NCBI GenBank assembly: GCA_009859145.1
Contig: VRVR01000022.1
Span: 20,001 to 268,000 of the forward strand
Reading direction: 5' to 3'
Length of the DNA stretch: 248,000 nt
From: Andalucia godoyi And28
Taxonomy: Eukaryota > Protista > Jakobida
Position numbers and translations under genes: made by a program. The notes under the pieces are model-generated. The model saw only the letters and a list, made by a program, of their open reading frames with translations, made no database searches and was not told the origin of the DNA. Below are positions 205,286-218,100 of the stretch, in pieces (position 1 is the stretch's first letter; each line of letters opens with the position of its first letter).

Positions 205286-206863
205286 ATGAAAAGTCCCAGA
205301 TGTCTTCTGTTGCACGCCGTATTCATCTTGTCAGTTTCAGTGACGTTTGCAAGTCTTGTTGTTGAGCATGTTGCAGTCGTGTTTCGACATGGCGATCGGT
205401 ATGCTTCTCTCCCTTCCTCTCACGACTGTAGCATTGACACTTCTTATTCTTCTTGCATCTTTTTTTATTTTACGTGTGCATGTGCGAGTATGATCTAATG
205501 TTTTGGGTTTGTGTTTTGTTTTCTCAGTGCGCCAACAGCGTTGTTTCCTACGGATCCAGGGTATGCGGACCCATCGATTCGATGGCCTTGGGGCTTGGGG
205601 GAACTCACACCAATAGGAATGGACATGCATTACGCTGTTGGGCAGCGGATCAAGGAGCGTTACAATCTATCCACGTACAGTCCTTCTTTGATCTCGGTCC
205701 GGTCGACGGACTATCACCGAACGCTGATGTCTGCTGAGTCGGATCTGCTGGGTGTATTTTTCGAAAAGGGGCCTGTGGAGACGCTTCCTAATCGGTTTCA
205801 GCCTGTTCCAATTTCGACGGTTCCGCAAAATGAAGATGCATTGTTGCTGGGTTACTATTATGCCCAAGCGTGCCCGTATCTCTATGAAAACTACTTGGCA
205901 ACGCTGCCGACTTCTCCGCAGATGCAAGCATACAATTTGAGATGGCGACCGTTGTTTGATGTCCTGACGAACATCACGCAGGTTTACATCGATGTCGATT
206001 CGTCGTTTGTGGTTGCAGATACGTTTCAGTGCAACTTGGATCACAATTATACGCAAGCGGCAGGAGTGACGCCGGAAATCATAGCACAGACTCTCCAGTC
206101 GCAAGACGAGTGGTTCAACATCTGGTTCAATCCGGCGAATCCGGTGTTTCGACAAATGGCATCGGGTCTTCTTATTAATTCTACCCTCTCCTTTGAAGAT
206201 TCCTTTGTCAAAGTCTACAGCGCACACGACATTACGGTTGCCACGCTGCTCGCCGGTCTTGGGTTCAATGTTTCTGGCCAGCCCGCCTATGCTTCTCAGT
206301 TGTACATCGAGCGGCTTGTGGAACAAACCAGCTCGGAAAACAGTTGTCGCAGCAATTCTGGGTGCCGCAGGAATGCGCACGAGCACCGGAGTGTCCCTGC
206401 TGGTCGTGCAGATGGCAATGGATTTCGGGGCGAGTGGAAGAACCGCGGTCTTGGTGAATTCTCGCGTCAGAAGACCTCTGCTCCGACGTCATCGCCACAA
206501 AACAGATGGGTCCGTATCTTCTATGCAGATGGCTGGAACCAGTCTCCACAAGAATTGACGTTGCCTGGGTGTTCATCGTCCCCTTGCCCATACGAAACTG
206601 TCCTTTCGCTTCTCAAGCCGTACTCGGTGGGGACGATCGATGAGTTTGTGGCTCTGTGCCAGTTCCCGAATCCCCCTTCATCGTGTTCCGATTCATGTGG
206701 CTCCAAAGACGATTACAAGAATGTGTCGATTGTCGTTGGAGTCATTGGCGGAACCCTGATTATTGTGGTGATTGCGGTGGCCGTCTGGTTGAAGAAGAAG
206801 CCACAAGCTGTGAGCAAGGACACTGAATTTGGCGAGTACCGATCATCACTGCTTCGTGCTTGA
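205286..206863 (+). CDS. lysosomal-type histidine acid phosphatase (1 intron)
   Basis: RHGDR exon, then RSTDYHRT, YSAHD, C-terminal TM with YxxL-like tail. Confidence 0.88.
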
Positions 206864-206946
206864 AGATTTTCATCCCATTTCGTTTTTTTTCACACCTTTC
206901 ATTGTATATTTTCTGGTTATGCTTTTTTCCCTTCCCACCGGCGTGC

Positions 206947-206991
<45 letters not shown>

Positions 206992-207182
206992 GTGTGTGTG
207001 TGAGAGAGAGAGAGAGAGCACTTCCTTAAATTCCCTAGATATCCGCCCACATGGAAGTGGCATAAATATTTCAGAGTTGCGCTGTTCAGAGCATGGAACA
207101 TGATTGTATGCTTTTAAAGATCATAACGGCGTTGCACAAACCGAAAAAGGAAGACTTGCACATTACTGGTGTTTTCTGCTTC

Positions 207183-207431
207183 CTACTGCTTCTCCAGCTT
207201 CTCGATCTTTTGCAACTCTTCATCAACCATCTTTCGAATCCCCTTTTTCTCCATGGAGGTTACCATGCAGTCACGGAACGCCTGAAACTCGGATTCGCAT
207301 TCCGGGGTAAACTGCCCTTTCAGAAATTTTGTACTGTACCAACTCTGGAAACACTCTGTATAATCTTTCTTCTCACGAGCACACGGCGCAGATATGCTTT
207401 CATCTGCCTCCGTTTTTTTCTCGGTCGTCAT
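207183..207431 (-). CDS. TRIAP1: Mdm35/TRIAP1
   Basis: twin CX9C; C...K..Y.ECFQ.WY..KFLKG. Confidence 0.88.
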   Translation of the reverse strand: MTTEKKTEADESISAPCAREKKDYTECFQSWYSTKFLKGQFTPECESEFQAFRDCMVTSMEKKGIRKMVDEELQKIEKLEKQ

Positions 207432-207606
207432 GGGAATGCAGCAGCAGCTCAACAATGACAGAACGGTACGGTTTGCTTTTTCGGAATCAAACGACAAAAC
207501 AAAAACAACAGCTTCTCGTGACGATGATCGGCGAGCATGCGAAGCATCATTTGCGGTGGAGGAAGAAAGACTGTAGTATTGAGAGAAATACAGCAGGAAA
207601 CGATCC

Positions 207607-207915
207607 ATCTGGTGGTGTAACTGACGAGCTCGGCGTCAGTGTAGGCACTAGGCTGCACACGGAGATCGGTAGTCTGGCGTTGGGAGGCCCGCTTCTTGGT
207701 GGATCGACGAGACCCGTTTCGCTTTCTCGATCTCGACGGGTTGCCCCGACGGGCCTTTTTTGCTCGATGCCCTCCATGCTGGAAGTGTGGTGCGATCCAG
207801 TTTCGGACGCATCTCCTCCGTCCCGAGGCGGCCCAGCGTCGCAGGATGGCGTCACGCACGTCAGGATTCCATGTGGCAAGACATAGAACAATGCGTCACA
207901 TACAAAATAAACACA
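207607..207915 (-). mobile_element. degenerate Fanzor-family remnant C2
   Basis: homologous to 103320-103690. Confidence 0.65.
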
Positions 207916-208110
207916 GGAGATGTTTGTCAGCATGACAATCAATTTACCTTTATTTTCTGCAGACAGTGATGTATGGCGACGCTCATATTCGTCCCTACGA
208001 CCCGCTGTGCCGCCAGCTGATTAGGATGTTGTACGAGGGCAAAGTGAACCGGCGAATGACCATCAACGGGGAGGGTTCGTTGGCGTTAACAATTTCCTTT
208101 ATGAAGTTCA

Positions 208111-209122
208111 TCAGTCATGGCTCGGTGCATTGTACGTGATGAACAGGCCGTTGAAAACAGGTCGAGCACCACTTCCTGGGTTCGAAACGATGCCCTCTCC
208201 TTTGATCCAAAGCGTGGATGAGCCTCCCTGGTCCATTTCCATAGCAAGCTTGGCTCCGATGTGGTCCTTCATGAACATTGCCATCTTGTGTGCGGCGATA
208301 CCGCAAGTTGTGTCGTCATTCTTGCATCCGTCATGACCATCCGCAACCGCCATCACAACCCGGATATCGCTGCGGTCGTCTGCGTCCCACAAGAGACCAA
208401 CTGCGGTATTGGATGAGTGTTCCCAGATGTTCACATTATGATCCTCGATTGGGATATCCACGAATGGCTTTCCGCTGTTGTCCAGCGAAACCAAGTTTGG
208501 ACCTGCTCCGATCGCAAACTCGGTTTCTGCGGGAGCTTTTCCAGCACGGTCCAACACGACAACTGAAGTTTGGGAAACAGAAGTCTGGTTAATCAGCAGG
208601 ACAGCCGGTCTCGCATATCCTAAGCAATCGCAGTTCGACGAAAAAACCTTTCCTCCAATGATCGTTAATCCGTCTCCAACACCGTAGTTGGGATGGGCAA
208701 GGGTCGCTGGCTCGAGAGCTTCTTCTTTGCTCTTGAAGAAGCAAACATCGTCGAAAAAGTCTGGCTTGTCGACTCGCCAGAAGTATCCTCCGTTGACGCC
208801 CGCAAGCGCATTTAGAACTTGTGTGCTCGCCATCGCGTCGACGGGCTGTAAGTGGAGCGAGGGATCCGCTACTCCAGGAACTAATTTGATTCCAGGAGCA
208901 GAAAGAGATGCAGAAACCGTATTGAACACCATGGGACCGACCTTACCATACGGCGTCGATCCCGTGCAGTTGACTCGAGTCCACACCACAGACGGCGCAA
209001 TTGCTTGTGATTTCACTGTATCGCAGTTCCACTCGGAATCCGCAGCATAGGAAACGTTTGCGCCGAAACAGCAGCACAACAAAAGGCCCAGCAATCCGTG
209101 AACAATCATCATCATCATCATC

Positions 209123-209124
<2 letters not shown>
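208111..209124 (-). CDS. phosphodiester glycosidase (NAGPA-like)
   Basis: AGVNGGYF, AGPNL, TAVG, MEMDQGGSSTL. Confidence 0.8.
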
Positions 209125-209171
<47 letters not shown>

Positions 209172-209668
209172 TAGCAATAGTACGTGCGCTACTGGATACT
209201 AGAGAGAGTCAGCTCTCCCCACTACTTACGTATTAGATCTGTTCGGTTTTATGACCATCGTGGCGGGTTTTTTAAATAAACCGCTACGAGCGTTTTTACG
209301 CAGAGGCGTGTTGTCAAGTGCGAACTGTGGGTTTCACGATGGAGACATTTTCGAGGACGAATTCAAGGATGCATTGTTACACCGTAATCATCAACAAAAT
209401 TAAGTGCATGTATGATTTATTTAAACAAACCATAAAACAGATGCAGGCATTAGACTAAATGCCAAAAACGTGGACACACGCATGCCACACAACTGATTGA
209501 ACATTGGTCAGAAAACCAACAGCGAAAACGGCAGCGGTATGAAAACGTTGAGAAAGAATGGTGGTGGGTGGGACAATTAAAAAGAGCACATGTCCGTAGT
209601 TGTCATTTTTGCAGTGGGGCCTGGGAAGACAATGGATGGGTGCGATGTTGGATCTTTCAACTCTGTTG

Positions 209669-210406
209669 TCAAGCTTTGGGATCCCGCTGAGGACGCATAG
209701 TAACTTCTACTGGACACACATTGTCAGGCAAGCTAATGCAGCTCAGACACTGCTGAGCAACATCGCTGGGCTGTATCATTTTTGCCTTCTGCAGGCCCTT
209801 GATATCGCTCACAAGATCCGTGTTGACGTATCCAGGATGAATCACACACACTTTGACTCCGTGTTCACGGACGTCTTCAAACACGCAACCTGCAAATCCC
209901 CGAATACCGAACTTGGAGGCACAATATGCTGCAGATCCCTTCATTGAGATTAGCGCAGCGACGGACCCAATAAACAGCACAGTCTTATGTTTGGACTTTG
210001 AAGCGAGTATGGCAGGGAGACACATTCTTGTCAGAGCCATTGGTGCTCGCAGATTCACTTCAATCACTCGGTCCCAGTCATTCAAATCAGCCTCGTCCGC
210101 GCCTCCGGATGCCCCCACTCCTGCGTCATTAACGAGAATCGAGATCATTCCAAAGTTGGAAACAATGCAATCCACTGTCTTTTGAAGGTCTTCACGTTTT
210201 GACACATCGCAGCAGTACACACCCGTCTTGATTGCGCTGTTGGCCTCCTTGCACATTCCCTCCGTCCGTTCGAGATCTTCCTTTGTTCGCGCTAGCAAAG
210301 CGACATTGCACCCTTGTTTTGCGAGCGCCACAGCGATGGATCGCCCGATGCCACGAGACGCCCCGGTCACAACGGCCACTTCATTTTTCAGTTCCTGGAT
210401 CGTCAT
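209669..210406 (-). CDS. short-chain dehydrogenase/reductase
   Basis: TGASRGIG, NDAG, YCASK, PGYVNT. Confidence 0.88.
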   Translation of the reverse strand: MTIQELKNEVAVVTGASRGIGRSIAVALAKQGCNVALLARTKEDLERTEGMCKEANSAIKTGVYCCDVSKREDLQKTVDCIVSNFGMISILVNDAGVGASGGADEADLNDWDRVIEVNLRAPMALTRMCLPAILASKSKHKTVLFIGSVAALISMKGSAAYCASKFGIRGFAGCVFEDVREHGVKVCVIHPGYVNTDLVSDIKGLQKAKMIQPSDVAQQCLSCISLPDNVCPVEVTMRPQRDPKA

Positions 210407-210978
210407 CGCTCCAAGCTTGCGTCGTAAAAAATACTTGAACTATGCGGGGACAGCGTACAGAAGAAAAAGGGGGGACGCGAGTTTTTATAATATAAAAATA
210501 TGGGAAACGCTTTCTTTTTTAATTGGATGTGTGTGATGATGAACACACTTTTTTTTTTGGCGCAGGGACTTCGATTGTCAAGTCCTGGAACAGCCCAGAC
210601 TCAGACAGAAAGAGATGCACATGGCGCATTGTGTGTTTTCCCTTTGTGAAGATAATCCACGCACAAGTTGCGAGGACGGTCCGACATCCATCGAACTGCG
210701 CGCATCAGCAAACCCGCATCTCGTTTCCTAAATATTTCCCCAACTCGTTATCCGCACAGCCAACCCTACCTCTCCCTCCTCCCCTCCTCCTCCTCTTCTC
210801 TACGCGCCAAGAAATGTCAAGTCAAAGCTTAGTACACATTGCATGCGAAACTGGGAGCAGAATCTCCCACTTTGCTCTCCGAATCCCTTAACAACAGTGT
210901 CCCGTCAATCCGCAACAAACTGAACACCTTGCGTCGTCATGATGCTGGTGATTTACGATACGCCATGGTACATTTCGT

Positions 210979-213021
210979 TCACTTGCCAAACGTGTCGAGC
211001 CGCGCAGAGGTGAGCTCGTGCGAATAGGAACCAAACATGCGATCTTCTTTCGTCGCAGTTGTCTTGGTAACGACCTCTCCCGTTGTTCTTGCTTCTATGT
211101 TCGTGCTCCAGTAGTCTCTATCCTTCACCACAACATCCGATTCTGTGGTGATGTCGGTGAGATCAACTGGGCCAACGGACACTGCATGGTCATGCGGACC
211201 AGCTCCGGCGAAAATGTCCACCAACTTGCTGAAGAACCCGCGCTTCACGTCGTGAGCAGGAGAGCCAGGTGCAGACGACGGAACGCGGTCGGGAAGAATG
211301 GAATCAGCTGTCTCCAACGCGTACTCCTTTGCCTGACCTGCCTTGTCTTTCACGGCTTCGCCGACCCTTTCGGACTGATTCTTAGTTGCTTCCCATCCGC
211401 GCTTCGCAGACTCCGTTGTTAATCCAACTGCAGCCTTTGCCGTGTCCTTGATGGTATCTGCAGCAGCAACAGTCTTGTCCCGAATGCCGGCAGCAACATT
211501 GGAGGCAGCATCCTTGACTTTCTCGAGCGAATCGCTCACCGCTTCTTTCACGGTTTCCTTTGCCTGGCCAGCCTTGTCACGGACGGCTCCTGCAGCGTCC
211601 TCTGCGACTTCCTTCGTTTCATCCCAAGTCTTCTCAGTCTTCTGCTTGCCCAAACGAAGTGCGTCTTTCACATCATCCTTCACAGACTCCGTAAGCGGCT
211701 TGGACGACGGAATGCCTGGTTCTCGATCGCCGACGGTCCTGTACGTGGGACCCCCGGCTCCGTAGGAGCTCGACGGAATCTCCACACCTTCAACGAACTG
211801 CTTTGTGCCAACCTTGTTTGCGCTACCCACCGGGGCCGGGGGCCCTTGGATTCCTTGCTTGCGATATTGCGAACGCTCATGGTTTTCCTTCAGGAAGTCA
211901 CGCGGCTTCCAGTAATCATCCACTGGAACACCGCGTTTGAATTCAGAGGTGTTCGTTTCCGTAGGAACTGCAGTGCTATGAACCTTTGACGTCAAGTCTT
212001 CGGGTTTGGCGGACGCACCCAAGTCGCGCAGGTACTGGTCGGAGCCTCGATAGTTGTCCGACGACTTCTTTTCCTGGCTGCTGCTGCCAAACAACCGGTT
212101 CTCTGAGTCTTTGGGAGTCTCCGGCCGTGCAGCTCCAAGAGCTTCCTCGACTTTCTGCACCCCATGCTGAACAGTGTCTTTAGTCTTGTCCCACACGTCC
212201 TGAACCTTTTCCTTGGCGGTGTCAATCGCGCCTCGGACTTGTTCTCGACCGTGCTCAACGGTCGCCTCTGCACGGTTCCACGCGGTGTCATCTTTGGGAG
212301 AAAGGACTTCTCTGGCTCGTGTAGCAGCATCGGTTGCCTTCTCTTTAGCGGTGTCAAAAGCGTCACGCGTGGTCCGTCGTGATTCGATGGCAGCGTTAGA
212401 CAGACGGTCCTTTGCGTAGTCAATGCCGGAATTCACAGAAGCACGAGCATTCTCCGTCCCAGCGGCAATATTCTCCTTGGCTTCGTCGTATTGTCTTCCA
212501 ATGACACGTTCTCCCGTTCCAGAAAGATTCTCCTTGGCATTGTGGATGCCTTGCTTCACACTGTCCTTGATATTTTGCCACTGGGAATCTAAAGGATGGG
212601 ACTGCGGGTTCGAATCTCGAAATTCGCGCGCTTCCCTGCGCAACTGCTCCCGACCTTCCTCTCCCTTTTCTGCGATCAAGAGGGTTTCTCTCTCTGCTTC
212701 ATGCGCAGCACGCTGGACAAGTTTGGCGCCAAGCTCATCCTCCCCCTGTTTCATGTGGTAAACACCCTTGGCGGCCAGTTCCTTTGCCGGGGATGGGTTG
212801 GGACGGTCGTCCTTCAGCAGGATGGTCTGTGCGGCCTCCTGGAGCTTCGATGCACCTCGGATTTCCCGACCTCCCTGTACGTCTGCAACGGCTTGAGCGG
212901 CCTTTTTCTGCGTGTCTGGCAGGTCTTCGTCGATACGCTTCGTATAATCGCCAACCGGCCGTGGATCAATGTAATGCTTGAATGGGTCGTTTGATGGCTC
213001 CGGTTTAACAGAATCTCTCAT
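210979..213021 (-). CDS. LEA-like hydrophilic repeat protein
   Basis: AKEKA.DAA / KAGQAKE repeats. Confidence 0.6.
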   Translation of the reverse strand: MRDSVKPEPSNDPFKHYIDPRPVGDYTKRIDEDLPDTQKKAAQAVADVQGGREIRGASKLQEAAQTILLKDDRPNPSPAKELAAKGVYHMKQGEDELGAKLVQRAAHEAERETLLIAEKGEEGREQLRREAREFRDSNPQSHPLDSQWQNIKDSVKQGIHNAKENLSGTGERVIGRQYDEAKENIAAGTENARASVNSGIDYAKDRLSNAAIESRRTTRDAFDTAKEKATDAATRAREVLSPKDDTAWNRAEATVEHGREQVRGAIDTAKEKVQDVWDKTKDTVQHGVQKVEEALGAARPETPKDSENRLFGSSSQEKKSSDNYRGSDQYLRDLGASAKPEDLTSKVHSTAVPTETNTSEFKRGVPVDDYWKPRDFLKENHERSQYRKQGIQGPPAPVGSANKVGTKQFVEGVEIPSSSYGAGGPTYRTVGDREPGIPSSKPLTESVKDDVKDALRLGKQKTEKTWDETKEVAEDAAGAVRDKAGQAKETVKEAVSDSLEKVKDAASNVAAGIRDKTVAAADTIKDTAKAAVGLTTESAKRGWEATKNQSERVGEAVKDKAGQAKEYALETADSILPDRVPSSAPGSPAHDVKRGFFSKLVDIFAGAGPHDHAVSVGPVDLTDITTESDVVVKDRDYWSTNIEARTTGEVVTKTTATKEDRMFGSYSHELTSARLDTFGK

Positions 213022-213305
213022 TTTGCTACTCCTGATAGTCGTTGTTGATTCGATGAAAACGATTGAGGGAGGAATATATAAAATAAAATGAAAATGAAAA
213101 TGAAAAGGAAGAAAGAGGAAAATGAAGCGAGAACGTGAAAATAAGTGTCTACTAAAGATAAAAAACATAAAAGACGTGTTCAGAGAACACGACAACGACG
213201 ATATTGTGGATGTTCAACAAACGAAACTGGAACACTAGCGCGAACTTCGACAAGACCAACATCGCAGGCAAGCATTCGCAAGGTGAAATACCCCAACAAC
213301 AAACG

Positions 213306-214990
213306 TTAGATGTTCGAGTGAACTGCGGGTGCTGGTTCGTTGCGACGTATCCATAGGAATGCATCTGCGTCGATGGTTTTGCGCGGCTGCGGCAACTCGA
213401 CCTTCATGATCTTGCCCGCGTCATTCTCACTGATCCTGGTCATTTCAGACAGCCTGGCGGCAAGGACTGTTCCGTCACTCGAGCCGGCGACAACGACTGG
213501 GTCGGTGGTGGTCCTCGATCGCACGCAGGGATCCACATCACAGGACAAGCACCGTCCCTGCTTGGCGAGGAAGCCGTGTTCAAACTCGAAGTCGATGGTC
213601 GACCTTGCAACGGACCAAATTCGAACGAGGCCGTCGGCCCCTGTCGTCGTCAGCAAGTGTGGGAAGCTTGTCATTGCACACAGCGAAGACACCGCGCCCT
213701 CATGGCACACCCGATAAGCTAAGGGACGTGACGCATTTCGAGTGTCCCACAAGAACAGATGGCCGGCTTGGGACCCGGATGCGAGCAAATGATCCTACGA
213801 GACATTGAGAGGGAAATAGTGCGTGCGCGCGTGTGTGTGACAGACAGAGAGAGAGAGAGAGAGAGAGAGTGGGAGTGGGAGTGAGTATTCATAAAGACTG
213901 CGAGCAAGCAAGATGCGAATCAGAGGCGGGAAATAGAGACAATATTCATACGGAATCCGTGATCCATTCAAGGGTGGACAGTGGAAAAGAAGAAGAGGAG
214001 TCCACAAGCGTTGCGACGGATCGAGCAGATTGTCGGACATCCCAAATCTTGACCAGTCCGTCCAATGATGCCGATCCGAAGACACATCCCTTGTTTACAT
214101 TCCATCGCGATTTCACTACAGATCGAGAATGCTCAGCAAACTGTCCAGACAGCTCGCAGCTCGCAGGGGACACGCGCCATATGAAACTTCGTCCGGACTC
214201 TGAGGACGTAAGCAGCAATTCCGAGTCGATTTCAGAAACGGATACACTCAGAACAGCAGAACCATCCGTTCGTTTCTGAAAGATCTTTTGATTTCTGGAT
214301 ACGTTCCACAAACCCAGAACTGCAAGCACAGGCAAGCACAAGAAATCATCAAAAACAGCCGAACCCAAACCAAAAACAATAAAAACATAACAAACGAACC
214401 AAATAAAAACAAAAAAACCAATTAATAAAGGTTCAAGAAACATGCTGAACGGGAGAAAAACTCATACGCGAATTATGAGAAGCCGTGAAGAGCAGCTCAT
214501 GGTTGCTCGGGTGCCAATCTACTTCCCATGTTGCAGACTCCACCGAAATCCCTCCAATGTTTGATATTGCATCTTGCCCAACGTGGAAAATGGAGACTGA
214601 ACCGGAGTGTCGCCAGGATTCATGGTCGAAACCGGCCACCGCAAAGCAATCGTTGTGAAACCGTGAGAACCGCAAGTATTGCGCACCCTGCGGAATGGAA
214701 GTTTTCAACATTGCAGCATTGTGTTTGTACGTCGTGACACTGCAAGGGTCGTCGTCGTCTTCTTCTCCTCAATGTCAAATTGGGATGCAGACGTGGTGAC
214801 GAATACACTGTCCAGCATTTTTTCTATGGTCTTTTTGACTCAAAGAAGTTGTCTTTGAGGCATTCCAGCGAAGCAACAACAGCAGGCACGCAGCACGCAG
214901 CACGCAGCACGCAACGTCCGTTTCAGCATGAAGACCACCGAGAAGCCGTGTTAATAATGCACAAATAGCCCGTCGTTTTATTATTATTAT
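213306..214990 (-). CDS. multi-exon WD40 protein (boundaries approximate)
   Basis: WEVDWHP, EHSRSV..W..SASLDGLVKIWD, LFLWDTR. Confidence 0.6.
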
Positions 214991-215115
214991 TATTACTATT
215001 ATTATTATTGACGAATCTTTTCAGCATCCGCATCCGCATCCGCATACAAGAAAGAAAGAAGCTCGGGGCTAGAGACAGAGAGACTGGGAGAGAGTGAACG
215101 TTGTCGAAACGGATC

Positions 215116-218100
215116 TCACATTGCAATAACCAGTTGCTGCATTCTTTCCATCTCGCAAGCAGTATCGAGCAGCAGAAAGTCAAAGATTTCGTCCACAAGA
215201 GATCCGACAATTTGCTCTTCATCTGAACTGAACTTGCTCCACTCCTCATTTCGATTCCTCAATTCGTCAAACACAGAGCGCTCTACATCCGTAATCTCCG
215301 AAATCCGAAGGCTGTTTTTCCACGACAAGACAAGCTTCTCAACATAATCCCTGCAGTTTTCCTTCCAATGGGATCGAGAGCTGAACCGTAGACGCGCGGA
215401 CAACCCACGGAGAGCGAGCGGGATGGGAACGCCTTCCGGCATGCGTCCTTGGAAAAACGACGCAAAGCACAACACGGCCTGTTGGCAAGCATCAAATAAG
215501 CCCTTTTGGAAAATTTGCAGAGGCTCTGGGACATTAGTGGTCGTCGCCATCCGAAGGAATATGGGAAGAGGAATGATCCAGTCGCTTGCCATGGGATCTG
215601 ACACCTGCTTCAAGTATTCGTCCATCACACTCTTCACATACCCGCGAACCATTGCATCGGTTGGCACAACAGACGCATCAGTCAGTTTCTGAGGCGCAGT
215701 CTCCGCATTGACGGCAATCTTGGAAGCAGTAGATGTACTTGCAGAAGCAGGAGACGTAGTCGATGCTGTTGTAGTACTCGATGGCCGAGGTCTTCTTCCG
215801 ACGTTCGAGAAGTCGTAAAGATCCTCGTCGAGTTCATCAAGATCGGTGCTCGTGATGTGGTCCGTTCGTCGATGCTGGCCACGTCTGGCAGCTGACACGC
215901 TAGACGTTGGTGGTAAATGTGGCCTATCCGGCTTCTCATTCAGAGCCAACACCAAAAGCTCGGACAAAATCTCATCGGTCAGGTTTTCGATCGTCTGCGA
216001 TGTGACAACAATCCTTTTGTTTTCCGAGAGTGCAGAGAGGACCTCTTGAGGAACAGCGGAATCAACATCGTCAACGTCGTGTTCGACAACAGACGAGACG
216101 GACAAATTATCGTCGGAATCTTCTCCAGAATGGGACGCATCTTCCTCCGCGATCAGCTGTGCGAGGATTTCTTCCAAGAGCTCGTCCGCGACCAATTCGA
216201 TGCTTTCCACGATCTCTTCTCTGTCGATGCCTCCTTCTTCAGAAAATTCCTCCTCCTCCTCCTCCTCCTCTTCGACCTCGTTCAATTTCACTTCCACACT
216301 CGACATCATATCGATCATTGAAGCAACTGGCACAGTGACCTTGTCAATGTCAGAAGGCGATTCCAAAGCGGCTTCTTGTGACACAGCTATTTCATCTACA
216401 AAGCTTGCTGACGACAGACCCTTCTTCGCGTCCGATCCAAGAGGAGTTGCCGCAGCCACGCCACTGTCCGAAGAACCAGACAGCGATTCATACGACGTAG
216501 AAATCGGAGGCACATCTTTTCGGAATGATTGCAAAAATTCGGCACTCTGGCCCAGATCAATCATCTTCGAAGGCAGTGTCTCGTCGGGTGCCGGTTGAGC
216601 AGAAATTTCAAGCAGGACTTGGTTGATGAGGCCATCGATTACCGAATCCAGAACCTGGTCCACAGCTTCGGAGCTGTTCTTGGCCTTAGTTTTCTCCTCG
216701 AATGACGACAGAGCAGAAGCCAGCGCGAAAGGAGCTTCGGGCATCGCTTGCGATTCCGAAACGCCAATGGAGTCCATCTTGGAATGCTGGACGGTTGCAA
216801 AGGCCGACTCGCTGGTGGGAGACTCATTCAAGCTTGCGTCATCAAGACTCTCTGAAAGAGGAGTGTAACCGTTCTCTTCTTCATCAATCATCTCCACAAT
216901 GTCCTCCTCAACCGATGATTCAATAACCACGGGCAGTTTCACGCTTGCCACCGAATGCGTTTCCAGCTCCTCCGAGCGACCCGCTGGAAGCAACAAAGGA
217001 GACGCGACACTCTTGTTCACTCCACTGAGGTCCGCGCTGTCATGAGTGCTCAGTGTCTCAAAAGATTCGGAATATGCCTCTGAACCGACGCTCTCGGTAA
217101 GGCTTGGAATCTGATCTCTTTGCACTGCGTTTTCCGGCGACCGAACAGCAGCATCCTTCGGTGCAGGATGTCCGACGTCCGAAAAGGTCTCAAAATCATC
217201 GCTGAATTGCTCATCTTCAACAGCATCAACGATATCCTCATCGATGGGCACTTCGACCACTGTGTCGATATTCGCAGCAGGAACCCCGCCAACGGCACCA
217301 GAAACAGCTTCCAGCGTCAGATCCTGCGATGACGTTTCATTCCGCTGCGCCTCCTGCTTGTCCCCGATGACCCGCTCGGAATCAACGACAGGAACTGCAA
217401 CGAGCGATGCCTTTTGTGATTTGGGCGATTCTGCGGTCATCAGCAAGTTTGGAGCGTCCGTTTCCTCGTCCGAAAATCCAATTGCTTCCACATCGTCATC
217501 TACTGTAACATCCTCCTCCTCCTCCTGCTGCTGCTGTTGCTGTTGTTTTTCCGCGTTCAAACGGAATGGAAGATCTTCACTCATTTGGGTCTCAGGTACT
217601 GTATCGAAATGTTGCCTGTCGATGGGTGAGTTCTCAATTGCATGATCTAGTTCTTCAAGCACTGGGGCTTCGTCCATGCTGTCAGACACGACAGACAGCG
217701 ATTGGGAATTGTGGACACCCTTCTCCGAAGAAAACGACTCAAAAGACTCCGAGTATGCGCCAGTGCTATCCACAGATTGTTTCCCCACGGAACTATAAAG
217801 AGAAACGTCGCTTCCTAAAGAATAAGGAGCGGAAACGCTATTTGATTGATCTGCATTTCTCTCTGCAAGCTCGACTTCAGCAGCAGGCAAAGAAATTGCT
217901 TCCGTCTCATCCGCGATTTCCGGAGAAGATGTGGAAGTCCCGACAAAAGACGACACGTCTTCGACATCTTCGGCAACACGATCGACAGCAACAGGAGCAG
218001 CAGCAACAGGATATTTCGACGACAGAGGAGAGACACCCTCATGGGCTTTTGCGAACGTTTCCGAAGGTTGGGCTGCAACAGAGGGCTCATCAGGAACATG

